DNA of 64,000 bases from Aulosira sp. ZfuVER01 (GCA_034530615.2 JAVRCV020000065.1:92412-156411), one strand, 5' to 3'. Counted from the first letter of the stretch, positions 10,625 to 21,133 are shown. Notes: generated by a model not told the origin, from the letters alone. Program-made: numbers and translations.

Positions 10625-10711
10625 GGGTTTGCGTACTAGCGACAATTTCCTATAATGCGCGTATAATTTGTCAAGTCATTGGCTTGATAAATTATACAAA
10701 GTAAATACACT

Positions 10712-11980
10712 ATGTTGGGATTATTACAAAGTTTCTTTGTTGATGGCGGATTTATTCCGCATGGACACTGCTACCTCTGGAAACCAGGGTTAGTATTGCT
10801 ACACATCCTCTCAGATTCTTTGATTGCCTTAGCCTATTTTTCAATCCCTGTTGCACTGGTGTACTTTGTTCGCAAACGAGAGGATTTGCCTTTCAAATCA
10901 ATACTGCTATTATTTGGAGCTTTTATCATCTCCTGCGGTACAACACATTTAATGGAAATATGGACGCTTTGGCATCCAACTTATTGGCTTTCTGGTTTAA
11001 TTAAAGCGATAACGGCTTTTATTTCAATTTATACAGCTATTGTATTATTGCCGATAATTCCTCAAGCTCTAGCTATGCCAAGTCCAGCGCAACTGGAAAC
11101 AGCTAACAGTCAACTGAAGCTGACACTGCAAGAATTATCGAAAACGCAGGCACAACTAATTCATACAGAAAAAATGTCTTCTCTAGGGCAATTAGTTGGG
11201 GGTATTGTTCATGAAATTAACAACCCGATTAACTTTATTTATGGCAATAGTACAGCAGCTAATGAATATGCCGAAAACTTGCTTGATTTGGTTTCGCTTT
11301 ACCAAGAATACTATCCAAATCCCCAAGCAGAAATTCAAGTTCATGTTGAAAAAATTGATCTCGATTTCATTAGAGAAGACTTACCTAAAATCTTATCTTC
11401 TATGCAAATGGGAGCCGATCGCATCCTTAAGCTAATCTTAGGTTTGCGAAATTTCTCTCGATTGGATGAAGCAGATGTCAAGGAAGTTGATATTCACGAA
11501 GGTATTAATAGTACCCTTCTAATTTTACAGAGCCGCTTAAAAGGCAAAGCAGATCGTGCCGATATCCAAGTTATTAAAGAGTATGGTCAATTGCCTAAAG
11601 TTGAGTGTTATCCTGGACAATTAAATCAAGTATTTCTTAATATTCTGAATAATGCTATTGATACTTTGAAAGGCTCAAATGAGCAGCCTAAAATTATAAT
11701 TCATACTGAGGTTTTAGATAGTAGCAATCAAGTGCAGATCCGGATGGCTAATAATGGCTGTGGGATGACAGAAGATTTACAAGAAAATCATCTCTTTTTT
11801 ACTAACAAATCTATTGGTACAGTTACAAATCTAGGGATGTCAATTAGCTACCAAATCGTAGCTCAACATGGTGGTCACTTGAAATGTATATCAGCCTCGT
11901 CTCAAGGAACGGAAATTCTGATTCAAATTCCCATACGGATGAAATCTGCGGAATTAGCGAAAATACTGCCCTCTGGTTAA
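10712..11980 (+). CDS. Histidine kinase with ETR1-like ethylene-binding TM domain and a degenerate HATPase
   Basis: SDSLIALAYFSIP...FGAFIISCGTTH N-terminus; H-box HEINNP; altered G1 and G2 boxes. Confidence 0.82.
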   Translation: MLGLLQSFFVDGGFIPHGHCYLWKPGLVLLHILSDSLIALAYFSIPVALVYFVRKREDLPFKSILLLFGAFIISCGTTHLMEIWTLWHPTYWLSGLIKAITAFISIYTAIVLLPIIPQALAMPSPAQLETANSQLKLTLQELSKTQAQLIHTEKMSSLGQLVGGIVHEINNPINFIYGNSTAANEYAENLLDLVSLYQEYYPNPQAEIQVHVEKIDLDFIREDLPKILSSMQMGADRILKLILGLRNFSRLDEADVKEVDIHEGINSTLLILQSRLKGKADRADIQVIKEYGQLPKVECYPGQLNQVFLNILNNAIDTLKGSNEQPKIIIHTEVLDSSNQVQIRMANNGCGMTEDLQENHLFFTNKSIGTVTNLGMSISYQIVAQHGGHLKCISASSQGTEILIQIPIRMKSAELAKILPSG

Positions 11981-12122
11981 ATTATCAATTAGAAATTCTC
12001 TAATAGTAGTAATTTTACATAAGTTTACGTATTTGCCGATATCTATAGTGAAGACTATGTTAGTTTTTCCGAGAACTTGGGTAATATAAATTACCAAAAA
12101 AATAAATATTTGGTATAAATTG

Positions 12123-12758
12123 ATGTTAACAGTTGAGTTATCAACATCTGCTACTAGATTACAGCGTCGTCATGCTGGAGCGATCGCAGCTCTAGTTTTA
12201 ATCAGCTTATTGAGTTCATTGAGTGGCTTTCACGTTCATGCGTCTATTTCTAATTCCTGGGAAGGTTTCCTTTGGGGAATCGCAGATCCAGTAATTAGCT
12301 TAGATCGTCTGGTTAGTCTTGTAGCCATCGGCTTACTCTCGGCGGGAATGGTTCGCGGTGCTTTGATTGCTGCGGCTTTTGTGTCAGCAGGAGTCTTTGG
12401 TACAGTAATTCATCTATGCCATGTGAATTTAGCAGGTGCAGAAATCGGGATTGCAACTTCCACGATTGCCATTGGCGCTATGCTAATGTTGTCAAAACAA
12501 CCGAACTGGGTATTACTCTCATTGCTGGGAGCGATCGCAGGTTTATTTCACGGTTATGCTAGTACTGGATCTGCCATTGAAACGGGAATGTTGCCTTTAG
12601 TTATTTATGTACTAGGCGTTACCTTAACTCAATGTGCTGTGGTGATGAGTGCTAGAGAAATTTACGCAATGTTACCAAATAGAATGCGCTTTGCTGGGTT
12701 AGCTTTTTTGGCGATCGGTATTGTATGTTTGCGCAACGCAATTAACTTAGTAATCTAA
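12123..12758 (+). CDS. HupE/UreJ-family membrane protein (divergent)
   Basis: Multi-TM protein with GF..G..DP...LD and GLFHGYA segments matching the HupE/UreJ layout. Confidence 0.7.
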   Translation: MLTVELSTSATRLQRRHAGAIAALVLISLLSSLSGFHVHASISNSWEGFLWGIADPVISLDRLVSLVAIGLLSAGMVRGALIAAAFVSAGVFGTVIHLCHVNLAGAEIGIATSTIAIGAMLMLSKQPNWVLLSLLGAIAGLFHGYASTGSAIETGMLPLVIYVLGVTLTQCAVVMSAREIYAMLPNRMRFAGLAFLAIGIVCLRNAINLVI

Positions 12759-12864
12759 ACAAATCAATTGTTGCTAATTTGAGTTGTGAAATGTTTTCTC
12801 AAGGCAGTCCTTCATCATTAGTGGTTGCTCATAAATGATTTAGGACTGCTATATATAGCTGTAA

Positions 12865-13542
12865 TTAGCAAGCTCCTGTTTTCTTGAAGATTACATAAAA
12901 AGTTTTGCCAATTAACAACAAATCATAAAATATATGCCAATTTTGTTGATAGCGCAGATCTAGATCAACTATTTGTTCAAAATCTGTCACCTGAGAACGA
13001 CCATTAACTTGCCATTCGCCAGTTAAACCTGGTTTAACATTCAACCTTTGCCAGTGGCGCGGTGAATAATTAGCTACTTCATCAGCAGTAGGCGGACGTG
13101 TACCAACTAAGCTCATTTCACCTACTAAAACATTCCAAAACTGAGGTATTTCATCTAAGCTAGTACGTCGCAAAAATCGACCAACCTTAGTTATCCGAAA
13201 GTCATTTTGGTTTTTAAATATGAGTCCTTTAGCTTCATTCTCGACTAAAGACTTTAAATTTTCCGCATTGCTAACCATTGAACGGAATTTCCGAATCAGA
13301 AATGTTCTTCCTCGATATCCATATCTTTCTTGAGTAAAAAATATTGGTCCGGGACTATCGATTTTAATAGCGATCGCAATTGGCACAAACACAATTGCTA
13401 AAATTAATAACCCTACTAAGCTACCTAAAATATCTAGACAACGTTTAAATTTGGATTTTAGCGAGGGGTGAGGAATAAATTTTAATTCCCAACCTGTAAA
13501 AGTTGCACTTTGAAAAACATTATGTAATTGTGTGGGGTACAT
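12865..13542 (-). CDS. Bacterial sugar transferase (priming phosphoglycosyltransferase)
   Basis: KRCLDI, KFRSM, SLDEIPQFWNV.GEMSLVGTRP and KPGLTG motifs. Confidence 0.9.
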   Translation of the reverse strand: MYPTQLHNVFQSATFTGWELKFIPHPSLKSKFKRCLDILGSLVGLLILAIVFVPIAIAIKIDSPGPIFFTQERYGYRGRTFLIRKFRSMVSNAENLKSLVENEAKGLIFKNQNDFRITKVGRFLRRTSLDEIPQFWNVLVGEMSLVGTRPPTADEVANYSPRHWQRLNVKPGLTGEWQVNGRSQVTDFEQIVDLDLRYQQNWHIFYDLLLIGKTFYVIFKKTGAC

Positions 13543-13908
13543 CGTCCAAACTAAAATCAAGCGATAAAAGTAAAATTACTTAGCCTTGATTTGAATATAA
13601 GCTTAAGAGTATTAAAAAGATTTTATTTTTTCCGTGTATTTACTTGATCTTTAACAAGGATGCTGAGATCGTGATTTTTTATATTTTTAGGATAAAGTTA
13701 ATTAAACATCTCCGGACAAAGGCGACTAAACATTAGGAAAATTAGTCATCAAGTTCCTCTCGCTATAATTTGCTACGAATAAATACGTAAAAATTATCAA
13801 TTACATTTTAAGAGTGGCGGTTTCATAGTGTTAATGCGTATATTAAATTATTCAATATCCGTAGCGATATTACTATGTTGATCTTTCAAAATTAGGGTGG
13901 TAAGGATC

Positions 13909-14214
13909 ATGATTTCAACAGGAGTCGAAGTTAAAATAGGTCGCTTGGAATCGATTGTTGAGCAAATCGGCGAAGCAGTACTTTCTACTACGGAGACAAT
14001 TGAGAGCCTCGCCCAAAGAATGGAGACTCTCAGCGTGCAAATGGAAGCCCAAGGAAAGCAGTTACAGCAGCAAGGTTATCAAATTTTCGCATTGTGTGAC
14101 GCTGTACAAACCCTTGCTGAATCTCAGGATGATTCATTACAAAAACTCAGCCAACTCACCCAAACCTTAGATAAGCTGATGATACTGCTCCAAGGGTCAG
14201 ATGAGGAGGAGTAG
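13909..14214 (+). CDS. Hypothetical coiled-coil protein
   Basis: Q/E/L-rich heptad pattern; AAGGA RBS-like sequence before the ATG at 13909. Confidence 0.7.
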   Translation: MISTGVEVKIGRLESIVEQIGEAVLSTTETIESLAQRMETLSVQMEAQGKQLQQQGYQIFALCDAVQTLAESQDDSLQKLSQLTQTLDKLMILLQGSDEEE

Positions 14215-14298
14215 TAGGGAGACAAGAGAGTGTGGGGAGTGTGGGGAGTGTGGGGAGAAATAACTAATGACCATTGACTCTTGACTCTGGACTCTTGA

Positions 14299-14979
14299 CT
14301 ACACCCTTAATTTGGTAACAGCAATGTTACCCGAAAAACAGACATCCACATCGCTACCAGGAGTGCGATCGCGTTTTGCATATTCCCCTACATAATAAAA
14401 ATCATCGCCTTCTATTCGATAGTTAATTGGTAAGGCTTTGGTACAGGGTTGGCAAAACACCACTTCCGGGTATGGTTCTCCTGGTTGCAGATGTGGCAAA
14501 TTCACATTCCAGAAGTGTCCTGGTTCTAGGGAACGCTGGAGTAAGTCAGCTAAAACTTCCGCTGTGAATTTAGCAGCAAGTTCCCAGTCATAATCTTGCT
14601 TGGCTTTGCGATAGTGGGAAATAGCAATCCCTGGTATACCGTTCATTGCAGCTTCTCGTACCGCCGCCACAGTACCAGAAATATAGGCATCTACGCCCAA
14701 GTTACCCCCAGCATTGATCCCCGACAACACAAATTTGATATCGTCACTAATTTGTGATATTGCAATTCTTACGCAATCAGCAGGAGTACCGGCGATCGCA
14801 TATTCAGTTTGCGATCGTCGCTGGAGAGTAATGGGGCGAGTAGTCGTAACTTGATGTCCACAGCCAGATTGATGATCTCTCGGCGCAGCGACAATTACAT
14901 TTTTGTCCTTGACAGCATTGAGTAGCGCTTTAATTCCAGGCGCATCGATACCGTCGTCATTAGTGAGGATGATAGTCAT
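14299..14979 (-). CDS. surE: 5'/3'-nucleotidase SurE
   Basis: ILTNDDG, GTPADCV, SGINAGGN and SGTVAA motifs; start moved to MTIILTNDDG. Confidence 0.92.
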   Translation of the reverse strand: MTIILTNDDGIDAPGIKALLNAVKDKNVIVAAPRDHQSGCGHQVTTTRPITLQRRSQTEYAIAGTPADCVRIAISQISDDIKFVLSGINAGGNLGVDAYISGTVAAVREAAMNGIPGIAISHYRKAKQDYDWELAAKFTAEVLADLLQRSLEPGHFWNVNLPHLQPGEPYPEVVFCQPCTKALPINYRIEGDDFYYVGEYAKRDRTPGSDVDVCFSGNIAVTKLRV

Positions 14980-15030
14980 ATATTTATACTGAGGAGCCAA
15001 GCATCCATTGCTGTAAATTGAGGAAAGCAA

Positions 15031-16770
15031 ATGGAATTTTATCGTCAACCGCCCTTAGAGTCTAACAATCTCCTGCAACAGCTAGCCCAGTTGAGTGATG
15101 AGCAACTGCAACGAGATTACCTCAATTACCTGCAATGGACAGAACTTATAGCGCAGATGTTAGCGCAGCTAGAGGATGAGGCTCAAGCGTTACGAGTTGT
15201 CAGGTTAGCCTTAGAGATAGATTTGCGATTAGGGGCAAAGTTAGCAGGAGCAGTAAAACCAGAGTTTCAAGTGCAAACTGTGGGTTTGGTAACTGCATTA
15301 CAAGTCCCTGAAGTATTGAAAGTTCAACTTTTGGGGATTACACGTTCTGACTATGCCATTCCCTATCTGGTAGAAGCATTGAATGACGAGGAAAGCTGTA
15401 TTCCTCGGACTGCTACATTTGCCTTTGGTGAAATTAAATCTGATGTGGCGGTGAGAGCATTGATTGAGGCATTAAACCATCAAAAATCAGATGTCTATTG
15501 GCCAGCTCCTTACATCTTGGGGCAAATTGGATCGCAGTTAGCTGAAGCAGGATTAATTCATGCTTTGAACCATGAAAATTCTTGGGTTCGTGGTAACGCT
15601 GCTGAAGCATTAGCAGAAATAGGTAGAGAAGAAATTGTATACTTATTGATTCCATCTTTGAGAGACAAAAATCCTTATGTTGTACAAATGGCTGCGTCTA
15701 CCTTAGGAAAAATTGGTTATGAGGTTTCTGTACCAGCATTAATTGAAGTTTTGCAGCATGAAAATCCTAAAGTTCGTATCCAGGCTGCTTCTGCTTTAGG
15801 GAAAATTAAATCTGAAGTAGCGATTCCTTCACTAATTAAAGCATTAAATGATGAATCTCCTTCAGTCAATTGGTATGTTGCTGATGCTTTGGGTAAAATT
15901 GGATCTGAAACAGCAGTTACAGCACTAATTCAAGCTTTGCAACATGAAAACTATCGAATTAGATATAGTGCTACTTCTGCTTTAGGAGAAATCAAATCTC
16001 TACAAGTAGAGGAAGCATTAATTCCATTACTTTTAGATGAAAACTGGATGGTTCAGGATCGTGCTGTTGCTGCATTGGGAAATATTGGCTCTGATACAGC
16101 ACAAGCAACTTTAATAGAAGCTTTTCATAGCGGATATCTTTATCTCAATGCTATTCGTTCGTTAGGAATGACTGCGCCTCAATTGGCAGAGAGACTACTA
16201 ATTCAGATGTTGAATAATCAATCTCATCAGATTGATGCTATCCGTGCTTTAGGGCAAATTGGTTCTCAGATTGCCATTCCGGTACTAATTCAAGCTCTTA
16301 ACAATGTAGATTTTAAAGTTAGCCAAGCCGCTGCTTTTGCTTTAGGTAACATTGGCTCTGATGTAGCTGTTCCATTTCTCATAGAAGCTATGAACAATAA
16401 GAATGAATTTGTTCAGGAGAGTGCTGCGACGATTTTGGGAGAACTTGGCTCAGAAGCAGCAATTCCTGGACTAACTCATGCTTTAAATGATGGCTGTCCT
16501 TTGATTAAATCAACAGCAGCGACAGCATTAGGAAAAATTAGTTCCCAAGCAGCTATAGCAGCATTGATAGAAGCTTTGAATAAATATGTAACTGATGATG
16601 ATATTGATCATATTGCTATAACAGTTGCTGAAGCATTAGAAAAAAAAGGTACTACTGAAGCGCTACCTTATTTAGCAAAAATACTACTAAAACCAACTGG
16701 TTCCAAATCTACGTTTATCGAAACTGTATTTAATACGATCGCTGCGATTCAACATCGCTCTGGATACTAA
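15031..16770 (+). CDS. HEAT/PBS-lyase repeat protein
   Basis: About 13 repeats of the form ALG.IGS..AV..LI.AL......VR..AA. Confidence 0.88.
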   Translation: MEFYRQPPLESNNLLQQLAQLSDEQLQRDYLNYLQWTELIAQMLAQLEDEAQALRVVRLALEIDLRLGAKLAGAVKPEFQVQTVGLVTALQVPEVLKVQLLGITRSDYAIPYLVEALNDEESCIPRTATFAFGEIKSDVAVRALIEALNHQKSDVYWPAPYILGQIGSQLAEAGLIHALNHENSWVRGNAAEALAEIGREEIVYLLIPSLRDKNPYVVQMAASTLGKIGYEVSVPALIEVLQHENPKVRIQAASALGKIKSEVAIPSLIKALNDESPSVNWYVADALGKIGSETAVTALIQALQHENYRIRYSATSALGEIKSLQVEEALIPLLLDENWMVQDRAVAALGNIGSDTAQATLIEAFHSGYLYLNAIRSLGMTAPQLAERLLIQMLNNQSHQIDAIRALGQIGSQIAIPVLIQALNNVDFKVSQAAAFALGNIGSDVAVPFLIEAMNNKNEFVQESAATILGELGSEAAIPGLTHALNDGCPLIKSTAATALGKISSQAAIAALIEALNKYVTDDDIDHIAITVAEALEKKGTTEALPYLAKILLKPTGSKSTFIETVFNTIAAIQHRSGY

Positions 16771-16806
16771 AACTATGCGATCGCTCATTCATAAAAATTT
16801 TCTAAG

Positions 16807-17370
16807 CTAAACTTGCAACTCAAATCCAGGTAATATATCTTCTCCAGAAAGAATCGCTGGCATTTGCACAATTTCTACAGCTTTGTTGTGTCGGTAAATT
16901 TCCACTGTTGCATCTTGAGGATTAATCAGCCAACCCAAACGCAAACCATTTTTTATATATTCCTGCATTTTCTCTTGCAGAGGTTGGAGCCTATCTGTTT
17001 CAGAACGCAGTTCAATGGCAAAATCAGGTACAAGTGGCGGAAATTTTTTTCGCTGTTCTGGTGTTAAAGCTTCCCACCGTTCCAACTTTACCCAAGCCGC
17101 ATCAGGGGAACGTTTTGCACCATTTGGCAGGATAAAAATAGTTGAAGAACTAAAAACTTTGCCTAATTTAGCTTGACGATTCCAAATTTCTAAATCAGCG
17201 ATTAGTCCAGCTTCTTGATTTCCGCTTTCTCCTCCTACTGGCGGCACAATGATTAATTCTCCTGCTGCACTCATTTCCAGGCTTAAATCCTTATTAGCAA
17301 TACACAATTGATAAAATTGCTCATCGGTTAAATGAGCGATCGGTTCGAGATTGAGAACAACAGTATTCAT
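16807..17370 (-). CDS. Uma2-family PD-(D/E)XK endonuclease-like protein
   Basis: RSPDAAWV, PDFAIELRS and LGWLINP motifs. Confidence 0.9.
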   Translation of the reverse strand: MNTVVLNLEPIAHLTDEQFYQLCIANKDLSLEMSAAGELIIVPPVGGESGNQEAGLIADLEIWNRQAKLGKVFSSSTIFILPNGAKRSPDAAWVKLERWEALTPEQRKKFPPLVPDFAIELRSETDRLQPLQEKMQEYIKNGLRLGWLINPQDATVEIYRHNKAVEIVQMPAILSGEDILPGFELQV

Positions 17371-17830
17371 TGAACTTTTCCTCGTGCCTTTTTTGCTAAC
17401 ATTAATTGCCTTTAATTACAAGTTTAGCAGTGTAATTTAATCCTACTCCCCCATTACAAAGGTTTGCTACAGAGGGTACTCACCTCAAATACAATCCAAT
17501 TCACCATAAGGAAATCTACCTCCGCTTGAAAGTAGCGATCGCCTCTATTGCCCAAAATCGTTGGGAATAAGTTAAGTCAATCAGCAAAAAATCTTGAGCT
17601 ATATGGTATAATCTGCCAATGGTTTGCAAAATCCGCCCAATTTAGATAAATTCCTAAATCGGGCGGTATTTCTTAGCGGTAGTTAGTCTGTACTGCAACC
17701 ATCAAAATTGACAATAAAATCTATCTTTTGGGTATAGCGAAAACTTTCAGCTGTAAAAAGCTATAAACCAGGTGATTTTGACATTGGTTGTGTAGTATTT
17801 TTGGTGCAAGACTGTCTGCGAGTTTATCTA

Positions 17831-18574
17831 ATGAAACAGCTCCTCAACCAAGTAATTATCATCCCACAATACCTGATTAGGCTAATTCTGCCATTAGTAG
17901 CGATCGCTCTAGTTTCTTGCCTCGTTGTGCCATCGGCATTAGCTACTGGCGCATATCAAATACCCAACCTAGCTGTAGACAATAGCACCTGGGTTGTGGA
18001 TCAAGCAGAGGCAATCAGCCGTGTAAATGAAGGTCAAATTAGCAGCAAGTTGGCAGATTTGGCTAAGAAAACTGGTTACGAAACCAGAATTGTCACCATT
18101 CGCCGCCTTGACTATGGGGAAACACCAGAAAGTTTTGCCAAAGCGCTGTTTGAAAAATGGTTTCCCACAAAAGAAGCACAAGCCAATCAAACTCTATTGG
18201 TAATTGACACAGTTACCAATGGCACAGCCATCATCACTGGAGATAAAGTCAAGTCTTTGCTATCAGACTCTATTGCTGAGAGCGTAGCTTCAGAAACTGT
18301 CATGGCTCCATTGCGTAATGGTAATAAATATAACCAAGCATTCTTAGATGCGAGCGATCGCCTAGTCGCCGTTCTCTCTGGGCAAGCCGATCCCGGCCCA
18401 CCGAAAATCGTTGAGAATGTGCAGGTAGAAGGCACATTCAAGACAGCAGAAGAAACTGACAAAGATAAAGGTAATGCCACTGCTTGGGTGGTAGGGCTAT
18501 TAATTGCGGCTACTATTATCCCAATGGCGACTTATTATCTTTACCAAGTTAATCAACCAACGAACAATGGCTAA
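17831..18574 (+). CDS. psb32: Photosystem II repair protein Psb32 (TPM domain)
   Basis: Signal peptide, TPM-like domain (RRLDYGET, LFEKWF, YNQAFLDASDRL) and C-terminal TM ATIIPMATYY. Confidence 0.8.
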   Translation: MKQLLNQVIIIPQYLIRLILPLVAIALVSCLVVPSALATGAYQIPNLAVDNSTWVVDQAEAISRVNEGQISSKLADLAKKTGYETRIVTIRRLDYGETPESFAKALFEKWFPTKEAQANQTLLVIDTVTNGTAIITGDKVKSLLSDSIAESVASETVMAPLRNGNKYNQAFLDASDRLVAVLSGQADPGPPKIVENVQVEGTFKTAEETDKDKGNATAWVVGLLIAATIIPMATYYLYQVNQPTNNG

Positions 18575-18632
18575 TAGCTGATAGCTGACTGTTAACCGTT
18601 AACTGTCAACTGTCAACAATTAGCAGTTAAAT

Positions 18633-19016
18633 TCAATCTTGAACGTACTCTTGCCCTGTCACTAAAGCCACCTCAGCCCGGACAAATTCTCTACCTAAAT
18701 AGGCTGCATGGTCTAAAAGACTTACAGGACAGGGCTGAGTTTCTTCAAAGATTTTGATGCAAAGTTCCTTGGCTGTTCTCCCACTAAATACAGTTGTGTG
18801 AGTTCGTTCTACTTTTCCCCTAGCAGGAATCACCTTCCCCGTTTCTGGATCTACAGCTAAACCACGCTCATCAATTACATTTGTAAAATGCTTGGCATAA
18901 ATTAACTTTGCTTCCCGATCCAAGTAGATAATGAAATATCCGCTAGGGTCAAGTTCAATATGACGCCCAGAAAGCAGATCGTCAATTGCTGCCAAATCTT
19001 CTACCATCAAATTCAT
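18633..19016 (-). CDS. DUF4346-domain protein
   Basis: LDPSGYFII and HAAYLGRE...YVQD motifs. Confidence 0.8.
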   Translation of the reverse strand: MNLMVEDLAAIDDLLSGRHIELDPSGYFIIYLDREAKLIYAKHFTNVIDERGLAVDPETGKVIPARGKVERTHTTVFSGRTAKELCIKIFEETQPCPVSLLDHAAYLGREFVRAEVALVTGQEYVQD

Positions 19017-19122
19017 AGTTATTCTTAAAATCAAATTTCCGCAAAAAAGTTTTTGCACTCTATTTCAAGTGTAATTCTTCCTTTCCTATATTCCCGTGTA
19101 TTCTTAGTCTGTTTATAATTTA

Positions 19123-20310
19123 TTAGCTCTCAGCATCTTGTTTACTAAAAGGTAACTTCGCATTCATCGCCTCAATTTCCTGCTGTTCGAGTTGATTCAC
19201 TTCTCTGATATAGGGCAGCAAAATTTGTGATAAACGACTGTTGTAAAATCTGTGCAAACTTTGATTGGGTTTAGCAGGAAAACCGCGCCGTTTTTTGTGG
19301 CGTCCACCAGCACCTGGATCAAACATTTGGATATCGTTAGCGATCGCCCATTGAATGGGTGCATAATAGCAAGCATCAAAATGTAAGCAATCTATTTCTT
19401 GAAAACTTCCCCAATAGCGCCCATATAGTCTGTCACCTTTAAATAAACAAAAAGACATTCCTATGGGGTGTCGACTATCTTGTTCGCTGTATGCTGCAAA
19501 AAACAACACTCGATGGCGATAATTGCTGTGTAACTGTTCAAAAAACCGTTTTGTCAGGTATTTACTACCCCACCAGCCAAACTTGTCACAAGTATCCGCA
19601 TAGAACTGATACATCAAAGGAAACAAGGAATGAGGGATGTCATCACCAGTCAGTGGTTGTAATCGTAAACCCGCCTTTTCTACTGCTTTGCGTTCCCGCT
19701 TAATATTGCGGCGCTGATTGGCGTTGAACACAGCTAAGTAATCATCAAAATTTTTAAATCCTCCATTTTCCCAGATGTAGCTGTGATGCAACCAACTTGT
19801 AAAACCTTGCCTTTCCAGCACAGGACGCCATTGGGGATCGACATAAAGAAAATGACACCCAGAAATGCGCTGCTTAGTGCAGAAAGAGTCAATCTCATGC
19901 ACCATCAAGCCTGTAATTTCATCCTCATCTTCTCCAGAGGCAATCAAGAAACGATAGCCTTCAGCAGGAGTAAACGGTGTCATTCCCAACAATTTCGGGT
20001 AATAATCCACCCCAATACGTTCAGCTAAATTTGCCCACTGGTGATCGAAAACAAATTCACCAGCACTATGTCCTTTCAAGTACAGAGGGGCCGCAGCAAT
20101 CAATTCTCTATCGCGCCATAGTGTTAAGTGATTTGGCAACCAACCAGTTCTGCGTGTTGCACTGTGGGATATCTCCAGATTGTTCAGCCACTCCCACTCT
20201 AAAAAAGGAGTTTTGAGGGGTAATGCCAAAGCATCCCAAGCCTGTTGGGGTATTTCGGCAATTTTATCGATCCAAACGATAGAATAGCGAGGTTTTAGTT
20301 TTTCTATCAT
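19123..20310 (-). CDS. GNAT/FemAB-like N-acetyltransferase family protein
   Basis: GEFVFDHQWA, PFTPA.G, LYGRYWG and LHFDACYY motifs. The ORF-track extension upstream is STRR-derived. Confidence 0.85.
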   Translation of the reverse strand: MIEKLKPRYSIVWIDKIAEIPQQAWDALALPLKTPFLEWEWLNNLEISHSATRRTGWLPNHLTLWRDRELIAAAPLYLKGHSAGEFVFDHQWANLAERIGVDYYPKLLGMTPFTPAEGYRFLIASGEDEDEITGLMVHEIDSFCTKQRISGCHFLYVDPQWRPVLERQGFTSWLHHSYIWENGGFKNFDDYLAVFNANQRRNIKRERKAVEKAGLRLQPLTGDDIPHSLFPLMYQFYADTCDKFGWWGSKYLTKRFFEQLHSNYRHRVLFFAAYSEQDSRHPIGMSFCLFKGDRLYGRYWGSFQEIDCLHFDACYYAPIQWAIANDIQMFDPGAGGRHKKRRGFPAKPNQSLHRFYNSRLSQILLPYIREVNQLEQQEIEAMNAKLPFSKQDAES

Positions 20311-20440
20311 CGTGTGGGTTTTTAGGTAACTAGGATGAGGGAGATGAAGGAGACAAGGGAGATATAGGAGTGTGGGAAGTGTGGGGAGTTTTCTTCCCCC
20401 TCTTTTCATCATGCCCCATGCCCAATTTCTATAGGGTAAT

Positions 20441-21133
20441 CTAATCTAGCGATCGTTGTAGCCGATAGTGCAAAAACACTTCCTGCTCAACTTGATGAAC
20501 TTCTAAAAGTTGGAGGCGGGGTGCCAAATTCGCCAGAAATCCTTCGCCAGATACTGGTGTGGGTGCATTAGCACCACCTAAAATCAAGGGACAGACCGTC
20601 AACCATAATTCATCTATTAAATCTAGTTCCAGCATTGACGCTACTAACTCCCCACCCCCCAATACTACTAAGCGTGTTATATGTAGAGATACCAGGTGTT
20701 TTAGTGCGGCAGGAGTATCTATCTTGCCCTTTGGTGTTTCAAAAACCAGAATTTGATCGAATTCTGATTGTCCTTGCCAGGAAAGTGCGCCAACTGTAGT
20801 TGTAAGCAACCAGCGTTTAATTGGTTGTTGAAAAAAGTGAATTTCCGGATTGAGGTTAGCAGATTGTGTAATGACTATATGAACTGGCTGGGTAGATTTG
20901 CCCTCCTGTGTTCGACGTTGCAGCAGTGTAGGATGTGATACGGTTAGTGTAGTACCGTATGCACGAAGTGTACCAGCACCAAAGAGAACGGCATCAGAGG
21001 CGGCGATTTGTTTTTCCAGGTGTGCTTTATCAGCCTTTGAGCCAAACCGAGCAGGCGATCGCCTAAAGTCGGCTATTTTGCCATCTGCACTCATTGCCAA
21101 AACCACTGTGGTGTGAGGACGATGTTGCACCAT
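20441..21133 (-). CDS. RibD C-terminal (reductase-like) domain protein
   Basis: AMSADGKIA, GAGTLR, LGGGELV and LIDELWLTVCPLILGG motifs. Confidence 0.85.
   Translation of the reverse strand: MVQHRPHTTVVLAMSADGKIADFRRSPARFGSKADKAHLEKQIAASDAVLFGAGTLRAYGTTLTVSHPTLLQRRTQEGKSTQPVHIVITQSANLNPEIHFFQQPIKRWLLTTTVGALSWQGQSEFDQILVFETPKGKIDTPAALKHLVSLHITRLVVLGGGELVASMLELDLIDELWLTVCPLILGGANAPTPVSGEGFLANLAPRLQLLEVHQVEQEVFLHYRLQRSLD

Noticed and set aside
11981..12122. Cobalamin riboswitch before the hupE/ureJ-like gene
   Set aside because: The spacer is short and AT-rich with no B12-box-like sequence.
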